From the NCBI GenBank assembly GCA_963676565.1, contig OY781089.1, positions 2,240,001 to 2,304,000 on the forward strand: a DNA stretch of 64,000 nucleotides, in the 5' to 3' direction. This document shows positions 30,282-40,318 of this stretch, piece by piece. Positions within the stretch are counted from its first letter, which is position 1; every line of letters starts with the position of its first letter. The translations under genes were made by a program, and so were the position numbers. The stretch is from Halarcobacter sp. (GTDB lineage Bacteria > Campylobacterota > Campylobacteria > Campylobacterales > Arcobacteraceae). The notes beneath the pieces were generated by a model. It was given only the letters and a program-made list of their open reading frames with translations, made no database searches and had not been told where the DNA came from.

Positions 30282-31299
30282 ATCCCATAGGATATAAAAT
30301 CTCTTTTTGTACCTCTTCAATTTTTGCCATTAACTCATTATCAATTTCAAAATCTAAAGCAGCTAAAGATTCATCAAGTTGAGATAATTTTCTAGCACCT
30401 ATTATTGTTGAAGCTACAAAATCAAAGTGTTTAGAATATGCAACAGCCAAAGTTACAGGTGAAATTCCATATTCCTTTGCAAGTTCCATATATCTTTTTG
30501 TTGTTTCTAAAGATTTCTCATTTACAAATCTATTTGCCATAGCTTGAACTCTTGGATTTTTATTAGCCATATAAATACCAAATCTAGAATCAGGTGGATA
30601 AAGTCCTCCATTGTATTTACCAGATAAGACCCCTCCTCCTATTGGAGAATAAGGAAGTAACGAAATATTTTCTCTTCTACATACATTTGCTAGTTCATCT
30701 AAAAACCTTGGATTATTTAATGAGAAATTATTTTGAATAGACTCAAACCTAGCTAATTTTTCATATTTAGATATCTCATTTGCTTTTGTAAGTCCATAGG
30801 CAGTATCATTTGAAGTTCCTAAATACCTAACTTTACCCTCTTTAACTAAGTCATCAAAGGCTCTCATACTCTCTTCAACTGGAACAACAGTATCAGGCCA
30901 ATGCATTTGATAAAGGTCTATATAATCTGTGTCTAACCTTTTTAAACTCTCTTCAACAGCTTTTTTAATATGGAAAGAATCAATTGCAGTAAGTCCATGT
31001 CTAATTGGTGGTACAAACCATCCTGATGCAGCTCCTGCTACTTTTGTTGCTAAGATTACAGAATCTCTAGGTTTTGTTTTAAGCCATTCACCAACTATTT
31101 TTTCAGTATCTCCAGCTAAGTCAGCCCTTGGAGGAACAGGATAAAGTTCCGCAGTATCATAAAAATTTATACCTCTATCATAAGCTTTATCCATAATTTC
31201 AAAAGCTTCTTTCTTATCTGTAGTTGATCCAAAAGTCATAGTTCCTAAACATATAGGAGTTACTCTAAGCCCACTTTTTCCAATATAATTATATTTCAA
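30280..31299 (-). CDS. tas: Aldo/keto reductase, Tas-like
   Basis: CLGTMTFG, DTAELYPVPP, DYIDLYQMHWP, LSGKY. Confidence 0.88.
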   Translation of the reverse strand: MKYNYIGKSGLRVTPICLGTMTFGSTTDKKEAFEIMDKAYDRGINFYDTAELYPVPPRADLAGDTEKIVGEWLKTKPRDSVILATKVAGAASGWFVPPIRHGLTAIDSFHIKKAVEESLKRLDTDYIDLYQMHWPDTVVPVEESMRAFDDLVKEGKVRYLGTSNDTAYGLTKANEISKYEKLARFESIQNNFSLNNPRFLDELANVCRRENISLLPYSPIGGGVLSGKYNGGLYPPDSRFGIYMANKNPRVQAMANRFVNEKSLETTKRYMELAKEYGISPVTLAVAYSKHFDFVASTIIGARKLSQLDESLAALDFEIDNELMAKIEEVQKEILYPMG

Positions 31300-31374
31300 T
31301 TTAACTCCTTTTAAATATAAATTAAAGGGAAAATTATATCTGTTTGTATTTTAATAAAAGATATGTATTTAGAT

Positions 31375-32352
31375 TTATTCTAAAATACATATCTCTTTTT
31401 TAAACATATGAACTACTGTCTCTTTTGCAACTAAAAAAACAATAATTATAGTAACAGTTGCTAAGAAATAAGACATCATTGCATATATCCAATTATGAGT
31501 AAGTTCAAACATTAAAACTGTAGCTAAAGAGATAGCTGCCATAGGAAAGGTAAATGCCCACCAAGAGATAAAAAATTTGATTTTGATATAGTTTTTATAC
31601 ATAACAAAAACCAAAATAGTAAAGAACAAGCCTAAGCTATAAAGTATATGTGCAAAAAAGTCTAAATTCCCCTCAAGTTTTATATATGAGATAAAACCAA
31701 TAGCAGGTGGAGCAATCAAAATAAATAGTGTTGGCATAAATTTTGGTGCGAATTGTTTATGAAAAATGATTCTATTTAAAATAATTGCAAATAAAATAAT
31801 CCAAAAGAAAATTCCAATTGAAAAGAAAAAATATAAAATTGAATCCCCTACAAAGCCTTTTCCAACAATAGGAACAATAATATTACCAACAATAGGTATA
31901 AACCAAGCAGGGTTTGAGTGTTGCATCTCAAGGTTATTATTAATCCAATATTTAATTGTATAAAATGTTAAAAATAGGTGTAAAGATGCACCTAAAATAA
32001 AGAATATATGAGATAATTCAGTAATTGAATTTTTATAAATAAGTCCCAACAATAACATTGATATTGATATAGCTGCAAAGAAATTAATTCTAATTGGGTG
32101 AGTAAACTCTTTTTGAACCTCTTCTTTGTATGTAATAAGCTTTTTTAGATAAAAAAAAGTAATTACAAAAAATAAAGCTGTTGTAAAATATGTAAAAAAT
32201 GAAACTATAACACCTGGAAAGAAAAGTTCATGGTGTAACTTTCCAAGAACTAGTGTTAAACCTGAAAATCCCATAACAATTGCAAACATCATAACTGGGA
32301 AGTACTGTAATCTATCTGAGGGTATTGCTGTGATATGTTCTTTTTGACCCAT
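31375..32352 (-). CDS. SLAC1/TehA-family anion channel (start moved to 32352)
   Basis: FAIVMGFSGL, NPAWFIPIVG, FILIAPPA, ISWWAFTFP; AAGGA RBS before MGQKEH. Confidence 0.88.
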   Translation of the reverse strand: MGQKEHITAIPSDRLQYFPVMMFAIVMGFSGLTLVLGKLHHELFFPGVIVSFFTYFTTALFFVITFFYLKKLITYKEEVQKEFTHPIRINFFAAISISMLLLGLIYKNSITELSHIFFILGASLHLFLTFYTIKYWINNNLEMQHSNPAWFIPIVGNIIVPIVGKGFVGDSILYFFFSIGIFFWIILFAIILNRIIFHKQFAPKFMPTLFILIAPPAIGFISYIKLEGNLDFFAHILYSLGLFFTILVFVMYKNYIKIKFFISWWAFTFPMAAISLATVLMFELTHNWIYAMMSYFLATVTIIIVFLVAKETVVHMFKKEICILE

Positions 32353-32407
32353 CATAAAATCCTTTAAGAAATCTTTTTTTATAATGGTTTGATCCAGAAG
32401 GAGATTC

Positions 32408-32611
32408 ATGGCTAAAAAAACAATTATTGACTTAAAAAATAAAAATTTCTCATTTGAGCAAAACAATCAAACAATTAAGTTACTATCTTTTAATAAATCA
32501 AATATGACTTTGGACATTAGTATATATGAAAATGGTGAACATTTAAAAAATAGTAAAATCGTATTTGCTCATTTGCCAAAAAGTTTAAAAGCAAAAATCA
32601 AACCATTATAA
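32408..32611 (+). CDS. Small hypothetical protein (67 aa)
   Basis: GAGGAG RBS, TATAAT upstream, C-terminal FAHLPK..K..IKPL. Confidence 0.65.
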   Translation: MAKKTIIDLKNKNFSFEQNNQTIKLLSFNKSNMTLDISIYENGEHLKNSKIVFAHLPKSLKAKIKPL

Positions 32612-32686
32612 TGTTGAATTATAATTCAATTAAGTTTAAATTATTATTAAATTAACTTATTATAATATTATAATTAAAAGTTATAT

Positions 32687-33199
32687 TTAGATACATATAT
32701 TATAAGTATCTAAATAGTTTATGGTATTAATTTGTTTATTTGATAACACTAATGCTAACTCTTTTATAACTCCTGCATGTGTACAAATCAATATTTTTTT
32801 ATCCTTTGGCAGAGTGTTAATAAATGAAATCAACCTTTTTTGAAATCTTTTTTTAGATTCATCACAAATAAATGAATGCCATAAATCCTCAGAGTCAAGG
32901 TATTTGCAATCATAGTTAGGTAACTTTGAAACTTCTTCAAAATCTTTACCCTCAATAAACTCTTTAAATTTCACTTCCCTTAATTCTTCACTAACTATAA
33001 AACTCTTTTGGGTTATTAATTTTAGAGTGTTTTGACATCTTATTAAATCAGAAGAAAAATATAAATCGTATTTTGATTCTGATAATTTTTTTATTTTTTC
33101 TTTTTCAACTAAAGAAGAATCTATATTAATATTTGAGTGTCCAATATATCTTTTTTGATATTCCAAAGGCAAAGGAGCATGTCGTAGAAGCGTAATCAT
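32687..33199 (-). CDS. cobC: Histidine phosphatase, alpha-ribazole-phosphate phosphatase
   Basis: LLRHA, SSDLIRC, THAGVI; follows cobS. Confidence 0.8.
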   Translation of the reverse strand: MITLLRHAPLPLEYQKRYIGHSNINIDSSLVEKEKIKKLSESKYDLYFSSDLIRCQNTLKLITQKSFIVSEELREVKFKEFIEGKDFEEVSKLPNYDCKYLDSEDLWHSFICDESKKRFQKRLISFINTLPKDKKILICTHAGVIKELALVLSNKQINTINYLDTYNICI

Positions 33200-33951
33200 A
33201 CAATAAATACTAAGAGTATAAAAACCATAAAAAGTTCATTTAATTCTAAAGTTGCACCAATAGTATCACCATTTAAAAACCCAAGTTTGTTTTTTAAAAA
33301 ATTTGAAACAATTAGTAAAAAAATAAATGAAAAAATAAAAAGCCATAAAAACTTTAAGCCAATAATAAAAATAGATAATATAGATACAAATAGCGTTGAA
33401 AATATTAGACAGTTTGTACTTAATGAACTTTTTAATGTTCCTACAAAAGATGATTTAAAATCAAAAAGTTTTATATTATACAAAACCATCAAACGACTTA
33501 ACATAAGTACAACAAGTAAATAAAACTCATAATGATTTAAAAATAAATATATTAAAAAAGAGACTTTCAATAATACAAAAGATATAGAGTATAAAACTCC
33601 CATTGCACCTACAGTTGGGTCTTTTATTACTTTATAGGCATCTTTATTTGAATGTTTTGCATAAATTGCATCTACAACATCAAGAATAGCTTCAGTATGT
33701 AAAAAACCATAAAGTATCATATAAACTATTGCTGCCATTATACTGCTTAACCAATGAAGATTAGAAGTTAAGTTTAATATAGTTAGTGTAATTAGTCCTA
33801 ATATAAAGCCAACAAAAGGGAAGAAAAAAAGCATATAATTTAAAATATCTTTTTTAGATAAATCGTCTTCTTTTTTAAAACTAATTGGCAAAATAGAAAA
33901 ATAGCTAAATGAAAACATCAAACCTAATTTAATATTTTTAAATTTATTCAT
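33196..33951 (-). CDS. cobS: Adenosylcobinamide-GDP ribazoletransferase
   Basis: GFLHTEAILDVVDA, IKDPTVGAMG, LNGDTIGA. Confidence 0.9.
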   Translation of the reverse strand: MNKFKNIKLGLMFSFSYFSILPISFKKEDDLSKKDILNYMLFFFPFVGFILGLITLTILNLTSNLHWLSSIMAAIVYMILYGFLHTEAILDVVDAIYAKHSNKDAYKVIKDPTVGAMGVLYSISFVLLKVSFLIYLFLNHYEFYLLVVLMLSRLMVLYNIKLFDFKSSFVGTLKSSLSTNCLIFSTLFVSILSIFIIGLKFLWLFIFSFIFLLIVSNFLKNKLGFLNGDTIGATLELNELFMVFILLVFIV

Positions 33952-35338
33952 TTATTTTTTCCATTACTAAATCTATGTTTAGTTTAGATTTAAAAGTGTT
34001 TATGAAATTATCTATCTGAGTATTTTTATATTCTTGAAAATTAAAAGATTTATACTTTGAATTTATTTGTGTAAATATTTTATTTCTTATATTATCATTA
34101 TCAAAAATACCATGAATAAAAGTACCTTTAATCTGCTTACTTTCAAATGATACTGGATACTTTTTACTTTGTCCATGATGAATTTCAAAGCCATTTATAT
34201 CACATTCAAAAACTTCATAAGTGCTCTTTTTCAATATTTTTTCTTTTTCAAAAATTATATCATCATCAATAAAACCAAATCCCTCTTCTTTTGTTGAATC
34301 ATTATTTTCAAGAGCATATTTATCAAAAAGAGTATTGAACATCATCTCATATCCACCACATAAACCTAAAATAGTTTTTCTAAACTCTTTTAAACTATCA
34401 AATAAACCATTTGATTTCATCCATAATAAATCTTTTATTACAAGTTTAGAACCTGGCATTATTATCATATCAAATTTTTCAAGCAGTATATTTGTTTCTA
34501 TAAACTGCAAATTAATTGATTCATCTGCAATCAATGGTTCAAAATCATTATAATTACTCATATATGGATATGAAATAACACCAACATTGATAATTGGATT
34601 CTTTTTTATTTGAACATAATTTTTTAAACTTTGAGAATCTTCAAAGCCTAAATTAAATGGAATATATGGTAAGACACCAAGAACTGGAATTTTAAAATCA
34701 TTTTCAATAATCTTGATACCTTCATCAAATAAAGTTATATCACCACGAAATTTATTTACAATAACTCCAATTACATTTTCTCTAAGCTTTTTGGGTAATA
34801 AATTGTAAACTCCATAAATGGAAGCAAAAACTCCACCTTTTTCAATATCTGCAACAAGTATAATCTTTGTGTTGTATTCCTCTGCAATAAATATATTTGA
34901 TAAGTCTTTATCCATAAGATTTAACTCTACAGGGCTTCCCGCACCTTCACAAACTAATACATCATATTTTGAGTCAAGATATTCAAAACATCTTTTAACT
35001 GCAGGTTTTAGTAAATCTAAATCTTTATAATAAGCTCTTACATCTTTTGATTCAATCACTTTACCTTCAACAATAACAGAGGCACTACTTCCTCGACCCG
35101 ATTTTAATAATACTGGGTTTAAATGGTATGATGTATCAACTTCTAATACCTTTGCTTGAAAATATTGTGCAACTGCAATTTCGCTACCATCATCACAAAC
35201 ATGAGCATTATTTGAGACATTTTGAGCTTTAAAAGGAACTACGGAATATCCTAAATCTTGTAAAATCTTTGCTATTACAAAAGTGATTGTTGATTTGCCT
35301 GCATCTGAAGAGGTTCCAAAAATTGAAATGTTTTTCAC
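33944..35338 (-). CDS. cobQ: Cobyric acid synthase
   Basis: GTSSDAGKS, PFKAQNVSNN, EGAGSPVELNL, GLCGGYEM, GFEIHHG. Confidence 0.95.
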   Translation of the reverse strand: MKNISIFGTSSDAGKSTITFVIAKILQDLGYSVVPFKAQNVSNNAHVCDDGSEIAVAQYFQAKVLEVDTSYHLNPVLLKSGRGSSASVIVEGKVIESKDVRAYYKDLDLLKPAVKRCFEYLDSKYDVLVCEGAGSPVELNLMDKDLSNIFIAEEYNTKIILVADIEKGGVFASIYGVYNLLPKKLRENVIGVIVNKFRGDITLFDEGIKIIENDFKIPVLGVLPYIPFNLGFEDSQSLKNYVQIKKNPIINVGVISYPYMSNYNDFEPLIADESINLQFIETNILLEKFDMIIMPGSKLVIKDLLWMKSNGLFDSLKEFRKTILGLCGGYEMMFNTLFDKYALENNDSTKEEGFGFIDDDIIFEKEKILKKSTYEVFECDINGFEIHHGQSKKYPVSFESKQIKGTFIHGIFDNDNIRNKIFTQINSKYKSFNFQEYKNTQIDNFINTFKSKLNIDLVMEKINE

Positions 35339-35844
35339 TATTTAAGCCTTTGAGGAAGTCCAAGTTTAACTTCATAAACTTCATCACAAAAAGAGGCTAA
35401 TTTTTGACCTATAATACCACTTAAATCAACATATTTACGAGATACTTTATCCATAGGAATAACACCAGAATTCACATCATTTAATACAAAAACTATATTT
35501 GCATCAATTTTTGATAATTTCTCTAACTCATCTAATAAAACTTCTTCTTCATCTTCTAGTCTATTTAATATCCACATTGAGATACAATCAATTAGATATG
35601 TTTCATTATCTTTTATTACTTTAGATAATTCTTTTGTTTCTTCAATTGTGATAAATTTATCTTTTCTTTGATTTTGGTGTTTTGTAAGTCTTTTTATCAT
35701 CTCTTCATCACCATAACTATTATCATAGGTAGCTAGGTAAAAAGGTTTTTTATTTAGTGCTAATTGGCAAGTTTTGTTTTCAGCCAATAAACTTTTACCA
35801 CTTTTTTGACCACCAAAATATAGTATTTTTTTGTATTTATCCAA
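35338..35844 (-). CDS. cobU: Adenosylcobinamide kinase/guanylyltransferase
   Basis: GGQKSGKS, YLAT, HQNQR, IDC, SGVIP. Confidence 0.92.
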   Translation of the reverse strand: MDKYKKILYFGGQKSGKSLLAENKTCQLALNKKPFYLATYDNSYGDEEMIKRLTKHQNQRKDKFITIEETKELSKVIKDNETYLIDCISMWILNRLEDEEEVLLDELEKLSKIDANIVFVLNDVNSGVIPMDKVSRKYVDLSGIIGQKLASFCDEVYEVKLGLPQRLK

Positions 35845-36901
35845 GAAAAGACTCTACTTTTTTTGTTATTTGTTCTTTTTTCAAACCATTTAATAAACCA
35901 TATATTAAACAAGCACCTGCTCCAACGCCCTCTTTTGCTTCACCTTCATCATAAAGTTTTAGTGCTGGATGTTCTGATAAAGAAAAATCAAAATCTGCAT
36001 AATATGAATTAATCTCAAAATCTAACATCTCTAATAATGCTTTTATATCACTATTTTTATCTTCATATACCCATTTCGTTGTCCATAAAGATAATCTACT
36101 TGTATCAAATTCTCCGCCCATAATCTTTAATATTTTATTTATAACTAAAAGGACACAAGCCATTTGTGTTCCACCTGCAAGAATTAATGGTTTTTGATTA
36201 TTTAAACCAAGAACAAAACCAGCATTAAAAATAAGCATGTTATCTGAAGTTTTACCTAAGATATCAAACAATTCATCTTTTTCATCTACATTTTTTAAAG
36301 CTTTTTCAATAGTTTGTGTTCTAACAGAATTTGGAACTGTTTTAAATGAACTACTAAAAAGATCTTGACAATTATATCCCAAGGATAAAGCTGTAGCTGC
36401 TGCCGTTGTTGTTCCACTTGGTACTGATTCAGCTAAAATTATATAATCATCTTTTGTCTTAAAACTTTTACCAAACTCAACACCTTTTTTAAATACATCC
36501 ATCGCATCAATATTTGCCCCAAAGTCAATACTATCTGAAGGTTTTATTGCAAACTCATTGGTTTTAAAGTACTTAACCTTAGGTTTTATCTCTAATCCCA
36601 AATCAAGAAGCTCTATATTTGAATATGGTTTTAAAAGATGAATCGCTCTTGTGATAAGCGCAGGAGTAGGAACTCCTTTTGGTGTTTCAGCTATATTTTC
36701 TAAACTTCTAACTTCTCCTGTGCATACAAATTCACTATCTAAAGTTGGTGTTAAATGGATAAGACCAGGAATTCCAGCTTGTGTAATTCCTTCAATATTT
36801 GCTGTTTTTGTATTACTTAAACTTAAAAGAAAACTTGCACTTTTACCCCTTAAGTATTCTATTAAATCTTTATTTCCTGTAATTGTATTAATCAAAACCA
36901 T
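35837..36901 (-). CDS. cobT: Nicotinate-nucleotide:DMB phosphoribosyltransferase (archaeal/cyanobacterial-like CobT)
   Basis: ESVPSGTTTA, LAGGTQM, KEGVGAG. Confidence 0.85.
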   Translation of the reverse strand: MVLINTITGNKDLIEYLRGKSASFLLSLSNTKTANIEGITQAGIPGLIHLTPTLDSEFVCTGEVRSLENIAETPKGVPTPALITRAIHLLKPYSNIELLDLGLEIKPKVKYFKTNEFAIKPSDSIDFGANIDAMDVFKKGVEFGKSFKTKDDYIILAESVPSGTTTAAATALSLGYNCQDLFSSSFKTVPNSVRTQTIEKALKNVDEKDELFDILGKTSDNMLIFNAGFVLGLNNQKPLILAGGTQMACVLLVINKILKIMGGEFDTSRLSLWTTKWVYEDKNSDIKALLEMLDFEINSYYADFDFSLSEHPALKLYDEGEAKEGVGAGACLIYGLLNGLKKEQITKKVESFLG

Positions 36902-36943
36902 TCCTATATAATCTATTTAAATTTGGCATATTTTAACCAAAAC

Positions 36944-37708
36944 TCATTGAAACTTTTTATTATAATCTATATCATCAAACTTGCGATTTTCAGTAAATCT
37001 TTTTGCACAATAATATAATGATGCATATTTTACATATTCTAAGAAATAATCTAACTGTAGATTCTCATCATAATAATTAATCAAAGTTTCTATTTCCTGC
37101 TTATTATTACACCATGAAAGAGCAACTACAGCTAAATCAAATAGAAAATCTCCACAACAAGAATCACTGAAATCAAAAACACAAACCAATTTATTATCTA
37201 GAAATAATGCATTATCAATAAATAAGTCACCATGAATAATTCCATCATTTTTTAATTCAATGTCTAAATTTAAATACCACTTTTTTAGATAATCACTATT
37301 TGTTTTTTCAATCAGATTTTCTAAGTATTTCTTTTCATATGAATAACTTGTTTTAAAAGATCTATTTTTAGTGATATTATGTAAATCTTTTAAAAAATTT
37401 GCTATTTGATACAAATGATCTTTATTTGGTACTTTTAAACTTACCCCAAAAAATCTGTTAAAAACAATAGCATCTTTACCTTTTATATTAAATTGTTGTA
37501 TAACTTTAGGTACTTTTAATTCTTGACAAAGATCTAATACTTTTTTTTCATGATTAGCTTTAAAGAACTTATCTTCATAAATTTTTAAAATATAGTTTTC
37601 ATTTAATATATAAACAGAATCGCTATTACCATTTAATGTTTCTTCTAATTTAGAAACTTCTAAATAAGCAGATAAATCATCTACTGTAACTTTTGTTTTA
37701 ACACCCAT
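36944..37708 (-). CDS. APH / homoserine kinase type II-like phosphotransferase (candidate L-threonine kinase)
   Basis: MGVKT N-terminus, YILKIYE, GIIHGDLFIDNALF, VFDF, FDLAV. Confidence 0.75.
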   Translation of the reverse strand: MGVKTKVTVDDLSAYLEVSKLEETLNGNSDSVYILNENYILKIYEDKFFKANHEKKVLDLCQELKVPKVIQQFNIKGKDAIVFNRFFGVSLKVPNKDHLYQIANFLKDLHNITKNRSFKTSYSYEKKYLENLIEKTNSDYLKKWYLNLDIELKNDGIIHGDLFIDNALFLDNKLVCVFDFSDSCCGDFLFDLAVVALSWCNNKQEIETLINYYDENLQLDYFLEYVKYASLYYCAKRFTENRKFDDIDYNKKFQ

Positions 37709-37709
37709 A

Positions 37710-38330
37710 CTAAATTATTATGTCTTTTAATTCTTTTTTCTTTTCCCAGTTGAGTTTTAACAATTCTGGTTCTTCCAAAAACTCACTAACATATCCTAAT
37801 GTAAGATATGCAATTAACTTTTTTTCTTTTCCAATGTTTAATATCTTTTTTACTTTTTTAGGTTTTAATATTGATACCCAACCAAGACCTATATTATAAG
37901 CTCTTGCCATAAGCCACATATTTTGAATTGCACAAACAACAGAATACTCACCAACACTTTTTTGACTAGTTTGTCCTAAAATATCTTTATGATTTTTTTC
38001 ATAAAAGACTGCAATATTTATATAAGATTCTTTAATCCCTTCTAATTTTAGTTTAGGATAAAGCTCTTTGTCTTTAAATATTTTTTTTGCTTTATTATTC
38101 TCTTTATTAAAATTTTTATAGATCTTATTTTTTGTTTTTTCATCATCTATTATAATAAATTTCCACGGTTGGGAAAAACCTACAGAAGGCGCTGAATTTG
38201 CTGCATCTAATATATCTTCTAAAATCTTTTTATCTATAGCTTTTTTTAAAAACCTATTACCTCTAATATCTCTTCTATTTTTGATGATTTTTTTAAGAAT
38301 CTCAATATCTTTTGATTTAAATTCTTCCAA
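37710..38330 (-). CDS. bluB: 5,6-dimethylbenzimidazole synthase BluB (start moved to TTG 38330)
   Basis: RRDIRG, APSVGFSQPW, LKLEGI, CAIQNMWLMARA, GWVSI; AAGG RBS before TTG. Confidence 0.92.
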   Translation of the reverse strand: MEEFKSKDIEILKKIIKNRRDIRGNRFLKKAIDKKILEDILDAANSAPSVGFSQPWKFIIIDDEKTKNKIYKNFNKENNKAKKIFKDKELYPKLKLEGIKESYINIAVFYEKNHKDILGQTSQKSVGEYSVVCAIQNMWLMARAYNIGLGWVSILKPKKVKKILNIGKEKKLIAYLTLGYVSEFLEEPELLKLNWEKKKELKDIII

Positions 38331-38390
38331 AGAATACCTTAACTTTTTTATTATTGAATTTATAGTAACATCCATGAAAAAAGAGTCTTT

Positions 38391-39425
38391 TTGAATAGTT
38401 TAAAACAATTTTCCCATGGTGGGGATATAAAAGGTTTTTCAAGAAAAACAAATATCAAAGAAAAAGATATTATTGATTTATCATCAAATATAAATTTCTT
38501 GAAACCAAATATAAAATGTAATTTTAATAATTTGAATATATCTTCTTATCCGTCTTACAAAAAACTATATGAAATTTTAGCGAAAAAATATAGTGTAAAA
38601 GCTTCAGAACTTGAAATATTTAATGGTGGAAGTAGCGCTATATTCTCATTTTTCAGAGATACTAAATTAAAAGAATGTGTAATCTATTCTCCTGCGTATT
38701 TAGAATATAAAAAAGCAGCTAAGATATTCAATCTAAAAACAAGTTTTATAAATAGATTTGATAAAAATAACACTGAAATAAAAGAAAATTCTTTAATCAT
38801 ATTTGTTAACCCTTCAACCCCTGATGGAAAATTTTATAATCTAAAAAAACTTTTTAATGAATGGGTTGAAAAAAATTGTACTATATTTATAGATGAATCT
38901 TTTTTAGAATTCACTCAAAAAACTTCTATATCCAATAAGATAAATACTTATAAAAAGTTATACGTATTAAAATCATTGACAAAATTTTATAGCTCTGCTG
39001 GAATAAGATTGGGTATTTTATTATCAAATAAAAGAAATATCTCTAGATTAAAACAGAAAGAGCCTATTTGGAAAATTTCTGAATTTGACCAAACTTATAT
39101 AAAAGAAGTATTGAAAGAGAAAAAATTTATTAAAGAAACTATTGAAAAGACAAATGATTCAAAAAAATACACGATAAGAAATTTAAACAAAATTAATTTT
39201 ATTGAAAAAATATACCACTCTGATGCAAATTTTTTACTTATAAAACTAAAAAAAATAGATGTAAACTTCTTACAAAAAGAATTAGTTAATTATAAAATCA
39301 TGATAAGAGATTGTTCTAATTTTGATTTTCTTGATAATTACTATGCAAGAATTGCTATAAAAAAGAAAAGTAAAATGAAAATATTTATAAAAGCAATGAA
39401 AGATATAGAAGGGAAGATTTTATAA
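38391..39425 (+). CDS. cobD: L-threonine-O-3-phosphate decarboxylase
   Basis: HGG, DLSSNIN, NPSTPDG, DESF, SLTKFYSSAGIRLG, IRDCSNF. Confidence 0.88.
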   Translation: MNSLKQFSHGGDIKGFSRKTNIKEKDIIDLSSNINFLKPNIKCNFNNLNISSYPSYKKLYEILAKKYSVKASELEIFNGGSSAIFSFFRDTKLKECVIYSPAYLEYKKAAKIFNLKTSFINRFDKNNTEIKENSLIIFVNPSTPDGKFYNLKKLFNEWVEKNCTIFIDESFLEFTQKTSISNKINTYKKLYVLKSLTKFYSSAGIRLGILLSNKRNISRLKQKEPIWKISEFDQTYIKEVLKEKKFIKETIEKTNDSKKYTIRNLNKINFIEKIYHSDANFLLIKLKKIDVNFLQKELVNYKIMIRDCSNFDFLDNYYARIAIKKKSKMKIFIKAMKDIEGKIL

Positions 39426-40318
39426 TGAATTTTGCTTTATTATTTATTGCATATTTTATTGATTTTTTCTTTGGAGAATTTGATAGATTAAAATACTTAA
39501 AACACCCTATTATAATTATTGGAGATTACATAAAATGGTTTGAAAAACGATTTTATAAAGACTCAATATTTAGAGGATTTTTATTAACTTTTACACTTCT
39601 AATAATTATACTTTTAATCACTTCATTTATAGCATCATTTGATATTATATTTTTAAATGCTTTTCTTTGCTCCTTTGCAATTAGTTCAAAAATGCTTTTC
39701 GATAGTGTAAAAAAAATTGTCACTTCTGATAACCCAAAATATGATATTTCTATGTTAGTTAGTAGAGACACATCAAATTTATCTGATAGCGACATAAATA
39801 AAGCTGCAATTGAAACTTATGCAGAAAACTTAAGTGATGGAGTTGTTGCGCCAATGTTTTATATTCTTTTATTTGGTTTAGTTGGAGCATTTTTATATAA
39901 AGGTGTAAATACTTTAGATTCTATGGTGGGATATAGAAATGAAAGATATGAAAGATTTGGAAAATTTAGCGCAAAACTTGATGATATTTTAAACTATATT
40001 CCAGCTAGAATTACTGCAATTTTAATTGCCCTATTCTTTAAATCAAAAACTGCTTTTAGATACTTTATAAAACATGGTAAAAAACATGAAAGTTTAAATG
40101 CAGGATATCCTATATCTTCAATGGCTTTAGCTTTAAATATAAAACTTGGTGGGCCAACATCATATTTTGGAAAGATTAAAAATAAGCCATTTTTTGGAAT
40201 AGGAAAAAATACTATAGAAAAAGATGATATCCTAAAAGCTTTAGAATTTAAATCAAAGTTTGATTTATTTATGCTTTCTTTTTTTATTATCTATTTGATA
40301 AATGAGTTTTTTTTATGA
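39425..40318 (+). CDS. cbiB: Adenosylcobinamide-phosphate synthase
   Basis: HPI, VSRDT, AENLSDGVVAP, NTLDSMVGY, LDDILNYIPAR, NAGYP. Confidence 0.93.
   Translation: MNFALLFIAYFIDFFFGEFDRLKYLKHPIIIIGDYIKWFEKRFYKDSIFRGFLLTFTLLIIILLITSFIASFDIIFLNAFLCSFAISSKMLFDSVKKIVTSDNPKYDISMLVSRDTSNLSDSDINKAAIETYAENLSDGVVAPMFYILLFGLVGAFLYKGVNTLDSMVGYRNERYERFGKFSAKLDDILNYIPARITAILIALFFKSKTAFRYFIKHGKKHESLNAGYPISSMALALNIKLGGPTSYFGKIKNKPFFGIGKNTIEKDDILKALEFKSKFDLFMLSFFIIYLINEFFL

Noticed and set aside
32353..32466. SLAC1 N-terminal extension overlapping the divergent 32408 gene
   Set aside because: An RBS supports a start at 32352; the extension would overlap the neighbouring gene and its promoter.
38331..38390. 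Apparent 15-bp gap between divergent bluB and cobD
   Set aside because: Start-calling artefact; TTG 38330 with an AAGG RBS leaves 60 bp for promoters.
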